Assembly (NCBI GenBank): GCA_973895155.1
Contig: OZ316898.1
Span: 12,175,187 to 12,239,186, forward strand
Length of the DNA stretch: 64,000 nucleotides
Origin: Marsupella aquatica
Lineage: Eukaryota > Plantae > Marchantiophyta
Reading direction: 5' to 3'
Part shown: one piece after another, positions 11,790 through 23,500 of the stretch
Layout: every line of letters starts with the position of its first letter
Numbering within the stretch: the first letter of the stretch is position 1
Notes under the pieces: model-generated
The model's database searches: none
What the model was told of the DNA's origin: nothing
The model's input: the letters and a program-made list of their open reading frames with translations, nothing else
Program-made: the position numbers and the translations under genes

Positions 11790-14566
11790 ATGGAGGGGAA
11801 TGGCACGGCTGGGGGGGGAGGAGACGGAGCAGCCAGGGTGGGTGGAGATGGAGCAGGGCCGTCACAGCAGATCTCGGACATTATGGCAGAGATTTTCAAG
11901 AGGCAAGCAGGCCTGTCTGCTGAAGCTGCGGCCATAGCAGCTCAATTGACCCAGGGCCTGATTGACGAATCCAGGCAATCTGCCATAAGTGAAGCAGAGA
12001 AGGCTTTCATGGAGAGGCTAGAGAAAGGAAAGGAGAAAAAAAGAAAGAGGAAGGAGGAGAGGAAAGGCAGGCCAGTGGAGGCCCTCTCACCACAAGAAAG
12101 AGAGAAGAGGCTTAGAAAGGAGGCTCGAGCTGCAGAGAGGGCAAGGATTGAGGAAGAGAGGCTACGAGCAGAGGAAAGGGCCAAACGGCCAAAATTGTTC
12201 ATTAATAAGGGAGGAGCTCCGATGACAAAGAGCTACAATTTGTTCAGAAGTCAGCTAGGGCAGGTGTTGAGGGCAAATTTCAGCCCCTTAGACTACTGGG
12301 GGAAGAAGAAAGAAGAGGAGAAATTTCAAGCAACGGAGCAAGTGAAGGAGCGATTCTGTAATGGCTGCTTCCTGGATGATCGATGGCTGAATAAGAAGAT
12401 CTCACGTTCACTTGCAGATAGACGTAATAATGTGAGAGAAAAGATGAGGAAGTACCTGGCAGATTGTAAGGAGGAGGCAGAGGTGATCAGGCAGAGAGAT
12501 CCCCCGGATGAGATACCAGCTGATGCCTGGTTTGCTTGGATTGATGCTGAGCTACAGGTTCGTGCTTGGCAAGCGAGACGTCACTGGCAGGCTGAGCTCG
12601 ATGAGGCAGAGAAGAGGGTCCTTTCAGGACAGACTGTTGACATCCCCCTCCTGCAGCAAAACTTAATGGAATGGGAGGCCAAATTAGCACTGCTTGGAGA
12701 CCCTCCACTTTACATTCAAAATGCAATTGAGAGGGTGGAGAAGAGACCTGCAGTTACTCACCGAATGGGGCAGGGTGGAGCGCATCGTCTCAAAGCAGAG
12801 TTTGTAAGTCCTCTGCTCCCCTCCTCCTTGCTCGCCTCCTTGCTGAATTTTCACCTTGAAATTGGGTCCTCCCTCTCCCTGATCACCTCAGGCACAACCT
12901 TGGCTATGCCTGCATAAGTCCTCCCAGACCTCCCCTCTTATCCCTGTGCGTTTGTTATCGAGCCTGTATCGCAAGTTTTGATGTGTCCTTATTTTTTTTT
13001 GTTTCCGATTCTATTCCGATTGCTGAAGAGTCGGAAATGGAGTGGGACTCTCTCTTATGGGTTTTGGATGCAAGGCTTCCGATTCTGGTCCGATTACCTG
13101 AGAATCGGACCCTGCATCGGACCTTAGGTTTTGGGGTTTAGGGTGGAGGGGTCCGATTAGGGAAGCATCGGAAAAATTCAAAATTTTGAATATTTGACTG
13201 TTTTAGGCCACGCCGGGGGGTTTGTTTTTTTTAAGGAGTGCCGGGCTTAGGTTGTCGTTGCTTTTTGCGATAGTTAGGCCACGATAATAAGGGAGTATTT
13301 TATATAGGTAGAGTGGGTAGTGATACCCATGAGTTGAAAGGGATGTGGGGGTGTTAGGGAATTTTTCTAAGTAATGTGTGGGGCTAGGTAGGGATTATTA
13401 TTCATTAAGTAATGTGGGGGATTTGGTAGGGATTAACTTTTAAAATAATGTATTTCAAGTAATGGGGGGTTTCAATTTTATTCTCATTTGCCGGGGAGGG
13501 GGGTTAATTATTATCTTGAGTATGGTGCAGGAGCGAGAGCATGGACGCCCAATCTTGCCACCTGAGAGAGAGTTGGCTAAGAAATTTGGAACGTGGGCTC
13601 TGAAACTTCACATGCAGGACGAGTTGGGGTCGGTAAGTATATGCACAATTGAAAACCATATTTCTAACCTTTGATGCAACATGGTTATAATCACTCCCTT
13701 GTAGGTCATTTTCAACACTAACACTTGGGTTCATGGTTGCTTACATGTATGTAGGAGTCAAATGCGGAGTCGAAGGGTTTGGACTCAGCCGAGGAGGGTT
13801 CGGGGGCCTCAGATTCAGAGTCTGAGGCTGAGGAGGGGAGTGTGGCACCCACCCCTGTTCGCTTGATTGGCGGCACATCCCGAGGGACTCGAGGTAGTCA
13901 TTCTAGACGGAGGACTGATGGTGATGTAGGTGGCCGTAGAGCAGCAGGAGGTAGTGGGGGTGCTACAGCTGCTGGAGGTGGTGTTGGGACAAGTGGTAGT
14001 GGGCGCCGGGGCGGTTTTGATCGATCTGCAGGTGCTGGTGGGCGGGGTAGTACTGGGGCCCATAGTGGTTCTCACAGGCCCGGGTCTGGTGGGGGGGGGT
14101 TGGTAGTGGGCCCCATGGTGGTTCTCGCCGCCATTCAGGGGTTGTTGGCGGGAATGGTTCTCGCCATTCAGGGGCTAGTGGGGGTGGGAGCACTGCTCGT
14201 GGTCATTCAGGGGCCAACAGGGTGAGTGGGACTGCAGTTGGTGGCATTGGTGATGGGACTCCATCTCACCAGTCAGGGGCTAGTGGAGGTGGAGGGTCTC
14301 ACCACTCTGCAGCCCAAGGGGGTAGTGGAAGTGCATCATTTCATACTTGCTCCGATGCTGGGGGTGTTACAGTGCCTTCTCATGACTTAGAAGGTGATGT
14401 TGGTGACGTTGGTACCGCGATAGCTCCAAGCACCACAGCTGCAACTGCATCTCATGCTGTCATTGATAGGGTCCTAGGGTTAGTGCCAGATGCCACTACC
14501 CGACCAGAGAGTTATCGCCCTCGTGCCAAGAAGAGGAAGGGACGACATGCACCAACATATGGATAG
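11790..14566 (+). CDS. TnpA/Ptta-like CACTA accessory protein; exons about 11790-12803, 13531-13632, 13755-14566; probable frameshift in a G-run near 14095
   Basis: Charged helical ORF with THRMGQGG (resembles the HxxGxxS motif of TnpA-like proteins). In-phase GTAAGT donors at 12804 and 13633, AG acceptors at 13530 and 13754. Gly/Ser-rich tail ending in an NLS-like RAKKRK. Confidence 0.6.
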
Positions 14567-14799
14567 GCCAGGTAGCTTAGCATAGGACCATTTGTAGGTA
14601 GGCCACGATACCATGCAGGTTGAGATGGATTATACACCTGTACATGTAAAGGTTGTACTTTCCATGCTAGAGGAGGCCATCCTCTTTTGTATATATAATG
14701 GCAGGGGTTTCCCCCTTTTGAGTCTCACTACCATTCTTGCTACCCATGCTCACTTCCATGCATCCCAACATTGTAACCCCCACACCCCCAAAATTAATA

Positions 14800-15315
14800 A
14801 TCGGAAATTTTACCCCTTCAATTATCCGATACTCCTCCGATCTTAAAAATATCGGAATGTCCGATTCTCCCAAACTCGGATTTGCCATCCCCAGAGAATC
14901 GATCTTTCCGATACCCTTGGTTACGGTCTTTCCGATACTTCTAGTAACGGTATTTTCGATCTTTATAACAACGGTATGTTCGATACTTTTATTTATGGTC
15001 TTTGCGTAACCTTTTGATACGCAATATGCGATATTCAAAGTTACCCAAAGTCCGATTCTTTACGTATCGGAAGTGGATCGGAAGTGTATCGGCTCCCCTC
15101 TTCCATTTCCGATTTGCAGAACATCGGACGGCTGATTTTCCGTTATTTTTGGGTACGCAAAGTGCGTTAAGTTTTGTATCGCAAAGTCCGATTATCTTCC
15201 GATTGTCGTTATCCGATGGGTTGAGAGTCGGAATTTGCGATACGTTTAGAGTCGGATGAGATGTTTTTCTTGGAAAATTTTTACAAAGGGATCCGAAGGT
15301 GTCCATATCGGAAAT
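14800..15315. repeat. CACTA right subterminal repeats (TCCGAT/ATCGGA)
   Basis: Same motif cluster as the left end, next to the right TIR. Confidence 0.85.
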
Positions 15316-16665
15316 TGGCCTCATAATGTACTAGTGGAACAAATCTCTCGTTGAGCTCAAGGATTATAGCATGATGGGGGCCGTATATATAAATGGACCC
15401 CATACTAGCTTTTTATCTCGGTGTGTGTGCTGGGGGGGGGGGGATCTTCCAAGATTTTCCCCAAACAATTGTAAACAAAAATCCCTCATGGACTAGCGCA
15501 GGGTATTCTCTTCCAACCAGTTTTTACTTGGTAGACCCCAGTAAAAGACAATTAAAAAATACACAACTGGGGGTTTCTACCTCAAGCCAATTTAATGACT
15601 TGAGAGTTCCCTTTAACCCTTGTCATGGGGAAGAACCGGTTGAGTGATTTCCTTCAAGCGTCCAACCCCGCGCCCAACAAAAATAATTTGAACCCAAACC
15701 CTTGTTTGCATAGCACTTCTGGTTATCTTAACCAGCCCGCTACCAAGTTTTAATTATGAACAACTTACTGGCTGCAACCCAAGCAGTAACCACACACATG
15801 CAAAGGATGGGTCCGAGGCCTGTGAGAAAGTAAGGGAGAAGGATAGGGGTTGGGCAAGTGAGTTAGTCAGACAAGGAAGAGGTCCCGATTTGAGAGTACT
15901 CATCTACTCAGGTTGCCATTCACACAGTGGCACAGCCCCCCTCAAATTTGACTGCTTGAGAACTCTCGGCCCGGTTGTAGCCAGTGTTGGTGCGCCCAAG
16001 CGCATCCCTGACCGCCCTTGAGGTGATTTGTTTTTGTTTTTCATATTTAAAAAGCACTACTCTGGACAGTATTGTGAAACCGAAAGGCATTGGACTAGTT
16101 ATACTATAGTATAGATATGTGCATGGGAGAGTGCCTACGTAATGTGTCTACCGGGCACATACTGGATGTTTCCACGCTGAGATCAGTGCGAGGCCATGGT
16201 TGGGCATTTGGGCACTTGGGCGTGAGTGAGTGAATGTGAGTAAGTTAGAGCTCGTCCGTGTTAACGTCCCTGGGCCACGGCGCGAACACGATTCTGGCAG
16301 TGAGTAAACTCGGGTTAAATGAGATTAAAGAGCGAGGCTAAGAAGTTAGTGGCATCGTGGGGAATGGGGACTATGGAGTCCTCCGGTGGAGGGACATTAG
16401 GAGGAGCAGCAACAGCTGCTTGTTGGGCGGAACGTGAGCACTCATAACTCTGCTTACACGGACCTGTGACGCAATTAATGCAGACGGAGCGTGGGATCGA
16501 TCATGAGATCATCCATCCATCAGTAGTAAACTGTTGTCTGTTGATCGTTGTCTGCACCATTACCTCTGCTCCCTCAAATTATGATTTTCAGGTGGCTTTA
16601 TACGTATGATCACTGTTGCAATTCTGTCCCCTAATGCAACAGTGCCCCCCATCTTCTCCCCAACA

Positions 16666-16724
16666 CCTATTTCGTTTACTTATAAAAGACAGCAGCCCTT
16701 CTCCCGGTTTCATCAGTTCGCTAG
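16666..16724 (+). promoter_or_regulatory. Pol II core promoter of pri-miRNA copy A
   Basis: CTATTTCGTTTACT-TATAAAAG (TATA at 16681), then TCATCAGTTCGCTAG about 30 bp downstream. Conserved in copies B and D. Confidence 0.75.
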
Positions 16725-17449
16725 GTAGCTAGGAGTAAGACTGCCTTCGTGGCTTAGTTGTTGATGAGTGAGTGAGTGAGTGATCGACTTCTACTTCCTT
16801 CAAGAATTGATCCGTTTGCGGCCTCGTCCTGGATCGAGTGATCCAGGCAGACGAGGTAGGAAGCCAGAATCCTTGACTCGATCGCAGACCCGCCAGTCGA
16901 TCGATGTTAAGTAGTCAGACTCGCTCTCGTCCTCTCTATCGCAGCGAGCTGGCCGAGATCCACCTCGCAGGTATTAGGATATTTCGTTCATCATCGACCT
17001 GCTAGAACACGGAGGTCCAGAGTCCGCACTCTGGCTGCTACTGCTGCCTAGAGCTGCAAGGGATTGGCTTCATATCATCCTCCTTCCTTCCTTGGTTACG
17101 ATCCTCGTTCCCTCCTGCCGCCTGTTGCTGGCTGATCAAAGTGATTTCGAGTACCAGTGATATTTGAAAACGTGTACACACCCGAATTCTCAGCAGCAGA
17201 GGATCATCCGTCATCCTCTGGGTTGAAAGGTGAATGTACTCGGGCCGCCTTTGGGCATGCACTTTTAGATCGTCAAATAGCAGTTGATTGATCAAGCAGC
17301 TGAGTGCGGCCCAAACCCAGGCAGGCAGCGGACGGACGGAAGTACGGACATACAGGCAGCGACGGGCATCGTTGACTGGCGCAGGCTGGAGTCGACATGC
17401 CTTCGACACGGCAGAACAGCAGTGGACGGGACGTCATGGTTCCCCACAT

Positions 17450-17544
17450 GGTTTTTGCGCTTGCACATTGGTCTCTTCACACACAAACATTAGCCGGGTG
17501 CGGTGTTTGTGTGAGAAGAGGCCAATGTCCAAACGTAAAAAACC
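17450..17544 (+). ncRNA. FRH1: pre-miRNA hairpin A, predicted mature 17508-17528 UGUGUGAGAAGAGGCCAAUGU (FRH1-like)
   Basis: 25-bp upper stem with one mismatch and one G:U, plus a lower stem. 21-nt arm with 5' U. Matches my recollection of Marchantia FRH1; needs miRBase confirmation. Confidence 0.8.
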
Positions 17545-20500
17545 CTTCTTACGTAATTCAGATGGCGTGACCCGGGCCGCTAAGAGTGTTACGGGATTCG
17601 AATCGAAGCTGCAGTCGACCTTCCAGTTTCCAAGGCTCTTGTAGAAGATTGTGTGCAGCAAGGGGATCACTATCAAATAAGCTTTTAATTTCATGACTTA
17701 CAGCTACTTTGCTCACTCAGGAATGAGTGAGCATCCTCTAGATTCAGAGACCACCAATGTACGTACCAGTGAGGAAAGGGAGACTGCGTTCGTTGCAGCA
17801 GCAACTGGTTGGCAAGGAACAAATTGAAAGAGATGATTACTAGTGCGCTTACTACTTATAATCAGCATGGTTTTTCCTAGACCTCAAGTCATGAAGATCT
17901 CCTGATACTCAAACACATCGGTTAATTTGTTGCCTGAGCCGAGGTGCAGAGTTCGGTTCTTCAATTGAGATTTCGAAGGCCAGATTTAAATTGTCGGAGC
18001 TAGCTAGTCTGTATCTCAAACATTTCAATTCGTGTAAACTCCGCCAACAATGTTTGTACTTTTCTGCAATAAAGTCCTTACATATTTCAACTCGGTGCAT
18101 ATTTACATTCTGAGCGTCGGTTCTTTATAATAATTTCTTTCATCATTATTGATATCTGATTCTTGGGAGCAAAGTCGGTCCAATCGATTTCGTGTAGCGT
18201 ACACCAGGCAAGAGTGCCATAGACGACCGGGAGGGGGGGGGGGGGCGGCCGCAAGGAGCAATCAAGTCTAGTGCCTTGTTGCTCTCGGACGACAATGGTC
18301 GTGATGCTTCCCGTGACTTCACATGTTCTAGGAATTCTTTCATTACCTGTGTCACGCGTCTCACTAGCTCGTTTTGATCAGGATGGAAACTTTTGCTCTG
18401 CTGTGGGATTTCAAATTGAATTTTCCAATCGACTATGGATGCAGCAGGTGGAGTGGCTTAAATCACTGGAGAGCGCAGGTGTCGCTGTCTGAGAGTCATG
18501 GGTTGATGATAAAGCATTTGACACAATTCGTCCGGGTTTTAGCGTGTTCTGTCATCTCATGCAACATCGCTCAGTGCCTGCGCGCGTCTCCCCTCCAGAA
18601 TCCCAAGTCTGTACTGAACCCGTGTACTTGAAATTACGTCAAATTCAAGCTTAATAACGATCTAGTAACGCAAGCAATGATTTTTCATATCTAACCTTTT
18701 CGAAGAATGTCGATAGATTAATTAGAATTGAATTCAGCTCCGGCCATTATATCGAAGCTGCCAGGCGGGCTGCTAGGCAAGCGCTGCATCACGAAGCGAA
18801 TTGCGATTAGGTACGGACCCAGCTCCTATCCACAGCTCCAAATACTGTGAATTTGGGTGTAGTACGTACTTAATCCTGTGAAGTACCATTTTGCCAAAGA
18901 TCAGCAGCTCAAGCTTTTCTTTGGATATTCAAGCTACCAAGGATATCATGAGACACAGTGGCTCCGATATATTTGAATCTTCCGAGTCGGTCATCATCCT
19001 TTACGTAATATCGATGGGCAAAAATTGAAGCAGAGTCATGATGGATCGAACAATCAACCCGTTTAAGCAACATTTGATTCTCTGAGCGGTGACACTTAAT
19101 CAGTCAGATAACATCGAAGCAATTTCGAATTTAAGTTAATTGTAACGCCCGAGCTGCTACAGTCGTGAATTATTAAAACCCGTGTGCTCGATCAGGATAT
19201 CCCTGAAGTTCATATAGTGGTTGTCCTTATACTTCCGTAATGAGTCCAATGAACCACCGATTTCATTTGAGCTCCAGTTTCTTTACGATACCACTTCTTG
19301 GTTTTAGGAACTGCCTTAGACTTTGGTGAATTTGGAGGAGAAAGTCTATGATCAAAAGATGAAGAAGTATAATAGGTGTGTACATTCAAGCTTGTGTACT
19401 ATCACTCCCATCATATATGCCCTCACTTGGCGCTTTCTTCCATCCATTGGAGTGAAAGAAGGCTTGTGTACTAGCAGTCTAGTCATGCTTGGAAGGCAAT
19501 AGTTCCTGGGTTCAGAAACATGAGAGCAGTACAGTTCACTCGGGTACAGTTCACTCGGGTACTCGGAAGTCGGTCTTTCAAAAGGCGATCTAACGCAAGT
19601 TAAAACCTGCAGTCTAAACACTCCAAACGTTATGAACTCGATCGGTCTTCAGGAGGAGCTTGAGGAGTCTGTCTGGAACGAGTCGACTGCATTTCACCCA
19701 GGTCTTGCTCATGGGTTCAAATCATAAAAAAGATAATCTGTGACGATAGTATGGTCACGACGAGCTCACACATGTGAGGCACACAGGGAGCGGTCCTGTT
19801 TCTGAACACAGTACTTGTTAGTGATTTGGTAGCTAGCCTGCGGTTTAGCTATAATACAAGACAAGAACCATCAGCAAATGAGAATCGAACGTTAACCAGA
19901 CTGGTACAGAAGTGCTGCAAGACTACAGGCCGCATGACCAAGGGGCCATTCGGTATATCGCATTTTCTTCTGTCAGTAAAAGTACCGGTTGACGTACGAG
20001 GCTGCCAGAAATCGTTTGGTGTGCTAGACGTCCCTCGTCATGACGTGGGAAGCATTCTATTCGACGGCTACTGGTCATGGCAGTAAGGCAGCAAAATTGA
20101 TCATGACCGAGACTTACAGCTCGACTTAAATTGTACCAACGTTTTAGCCCCGCTTGACATTATTTTGTTTCTCACGATGCCAAACGGCAAGCTCAATCCG
20201 AACCATGGAGATTAAAGGATTTTGAAATTCGTCTACTGTACAGCTGCGGTCGACCCCAATCTTCACACCCATCACCGTACTTTCCTCCGGAACATTCTCG
20301 CCACAAACGAACGACCGGCCGAATTCACTAGTTATTTCGCTGCTTGGTTTCTGTTCTACGAGCGCAGACATCCAACTGCTGTTTAGATTGAGCCGGATGT
20401 CTCCAGTTTCTTATATTGCCCAGAATGAATCCTGCATGGTTGTGTTCTTAATTTATTTCGAGCAGTGGAAGACGTCGTTGCATCTAGGAAAGTTCAGCAA

Positions 20501-23500
20501 AAGCGATATCGCGAACGAATTAAAACTAAAAGATCTAAGATCGACGACGACAGTTGTAAGTCGTTATAGCATTAAAAACCATTTTGTCCTAATATGTTTC
20601 GATTATAGGAAATGTCCTCTCAATCCGCAGAAAGAATATATATGAGAATCATTATCCCTTGAATATATATATTAACAAACGCAACTAATATATGGCGCAA
20701 CCTTGCTAAGCACGGGATATTTCTGATCTGGTAAAACGGCCAGTAGCTGCAAATGAGAACAAACTGTTACATTCACACTCGCTCGAGCTTGATCCAGATT
20801 GCAAATGAATTCGAAATGCTCTAAACCTTCTTGAATTGCATTCACAGTTGCTCCAGCTCGATCGAGATTGCGAATGAGTTCGAAGTACTCTAAACCTTCT
20901 TTAATTGCATCCACAATACTCGCAGACTTGTCGACGAATTTAACAGAATGTCATGCATCAGCTATCTGAGTATCTTCAAATCATGTCCATCTACATCAGT
21001 TGTTCAACGAACTAATAAAATTACATTTCCTCCGCCAATATATTGTCAACACTAATTTCACTACCATGATGCTAATGTTTTGATTCCACTACATATCATG
21101 ACTTTTCGTCATATGAGAAAAAAGTCTTCACATCAGCTCAATTCGAAGTAGTCCACGAAGCGTTTCGATATTTAACCAGTCAATGACGGTAACGGGACCG
21201 CTGCACTGTAAATTTGGGAGTGTCTGAGTGAGTCATCGATCTACGCTGTCTGAAATCGTATGCACAAAATTTTGAGCGAACTTTCAGCAGATAATTGGCC
21301 AGGTCTGCGGTGGGTTGAAGGAGGACGTACACAAAGGCTTGCGGGCCAGGAACAGAGGGGGCGTGGTTCATACATTTGACATCATGGTTCTCATTTCGGG
21401 CGGCCTTGTTGAGGTCACATAGCGACAATTGGTCACAAACTGCTTGGGTTAATCATCTTTACTGGATAATTGTATCCACGTGGCACAATTGTCAATTTAA
21501 GAGTGTTAGGTTGCCTTGGGGGTCCAGGCAAGAATTAATGTCTTGGTGGCGAATCTTCTCAGGTGAAGCACTGTGCTGTGGAGAGAGGCTTTGCTTCTAC
21601 GCTGTGAGCTTGGATTATTGATTTTTCGCCCTATTTTTGGTCCTGTCCGTATCCATACTAATTTGCCGAGTTTGTACGTTAACAAATATGTCGGATCGAA
21701 TGAAAGATATATTTCAGACTGCCAAAAAGCAAATGGCGCCCGACCGGGAGACATGATCCCTCAGGCAAAAAACCCAATCAAGGGGAACAACCAAGGGGCC
21801 AAGAAAGGGCAAGAATGTGAACAAAAGGTGATCGATGCCAAATGGTGAGAGCTAATCGTGGATATTAATCGCACCAGTGCGCGGAACGAGTAATCTTTCC
21901 TAGTGAATGTGCTTTATGGCGGACCCGGGGCAGATGTTCAAATGGACTATGGACTGCCTTTGCAGATTTCTTGAATGCGGTAACTGTGTTGCAGATGATC
22001 TGGAAACTTAAGGTTGAAATATAGGAGCATGCACCTCGAACTCAAGCAATTCTGATGGGTATGGATCCGTTGTCAGTGCACTATATATATTTGCATGTGG
22101 AAATGAACTTACTAATTTTTAGGATCACGCGCGGAGCTGCAACATGTTTCAACTGCTACAAAGTTCTGCACCCTTGAGGTTCATTCAGTCACAGAAGGTT
22201 AGTCTTTCCATACCCAGCGCCTTGGGGCATGGGTAAATTCCAAATTAACTTATGGCAATGTCACTACCTGGAAAGATAGCCTGAGTAGACCCAATTCGAT
22301 GAACCGAGTTTCCAGAACTCCAGCTTGAATATTTCAAAGAGAAACCTGTCTGACGAAATTTACAAGCTTCATCGTCGATCCGAAGTTTTGAGAATTTTAA
22401 GTTAGCCAGGCCATAGCTAGCTTGCTCACTTATTAAGTCATACTAAGCAATCCAGCTTGTGGCCAATGAAAATTTAGGGGAATCTCTCTGGCTAAATCCC
22501 AAACACTGTAAACGTCCACGATGAATTTAACAACTAGATCCGATCGGCCCCACTTTGAGCTACATCTAAGACGTACCCCCGGACGTACCACTGTGCATTA
22601 CAATACCAGCTCGTCTGCACATACAGTAAATCGATGACGCTGTTGATGCTGAGTCACTAGGAAGTCTAATTAAATAGGGCGAGAACTATGCCCTTGAGCA
22701 GTCCTCACCTTGTGAGGCTTGGTCATCTAGCTCCCCACAGGACCAAAGTAGTGCGTCCGTATGTTCAGCCTAAAGGTTAGGCATGGATCATAACCTCAGG
22801 GTCGATCTTCCAAATACCGTTTTCGATTCTCTTCTTGAATCTAAGTTTCAAGAGAATACACAGCTAATGCGCGCACTGTCCGAGACTTGCACCAGATTTG
22901 AAATTTTGTTGCGCAGTGCCTATCTCTGATTGCACCTTCCCTTCACCGAGGTCAGGTCATATTGTACGTCCACCGTTTCAGCATCTACTGTAGCTAGCTT
23001 CTTCAAACATTTTACAGGCTACGGACCGGGAAAGTCGTGGACAAGCTATACGAATACGAATAGCCGGTGAGTATCCTTTCGCTACTTGTTCTGCTTACGT
23101 ACCTGGGCAGTCGAGAAACATTTTCCCGGCCACCGTGATCGTCAGAGATACTTAAAACAGGTGGTGTGTTCAGGATGAATCGAATACTGCAGGAGATACT
23201 GCATGCCTTGGGGTGGGCGCGAAGACCTTCGGTAGATTATGTCCGCGACAGAACTCTGTTCATTTGGACTTCTTTGACCTTTAATTCATACTTAATTAAC
23301 TAGTCCATCCATCCCAGATTCCACTGACCACTCAAATCTCATTAGACATATATAGTTATGTACTACCATTACCGCCGTGTTTAGCTCTTCTGTGGAAAAG
23401 AATAGAACGGACTGAAGAGTGCTCCGCATCCCATGATGACATTGAACAAGTATTATAGCTAGAGCCTAGCTGCTTCCTTGTTAACCTTATATCCCAACGT

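Larger units (their letters stand above)
5268..15336 (-). mobile_element. Full-length CACTA (En/Spm) transposon, 10,069 bp
   Basis: Perfect 12-bp TIRs CACTAGTACATT (5268-5279) and AATGTACTAGTG (15325-15336). 3-bp TSD GAA (5265-5267 and 15337-15339). Subterminal repeats and a Tnp2-type ORF. Confidence 0.95.
1..15358 (+). mobile_element. Sola-like DNA transposon (left end outside the window), interrupted by a CACTA insertion
   Basis: Transposase ORF plus a subterminal repeat array. Removing the CACTA rejoins ...GATG-GAA-CAAATCTCTCGTTGAGCTC, which gives a 5'-GAG terminus on the minus strand. The right boundary is inferred. Confidence 0.5.

Noticed and set aside
17288-17644. ORF ...HGFCACTLVSSHTNISRVRCLCEKRPMSKR... 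open in all four units (also 34478, 41691, 54881), plus its antisense ORF
   Set aside because: Similarity is largely confined to the hairpin, starts and ends differ, and three of four lack an ATG start. Best explained as a by-product of RNA-structure conservation.
20775-20915. 60-bp tandem duplication, and similar local duplications at about 30375-30520, 45755-45870 and 55748-55870
   Set aside because: Ordinary slippage-type duplications with no sign of function.
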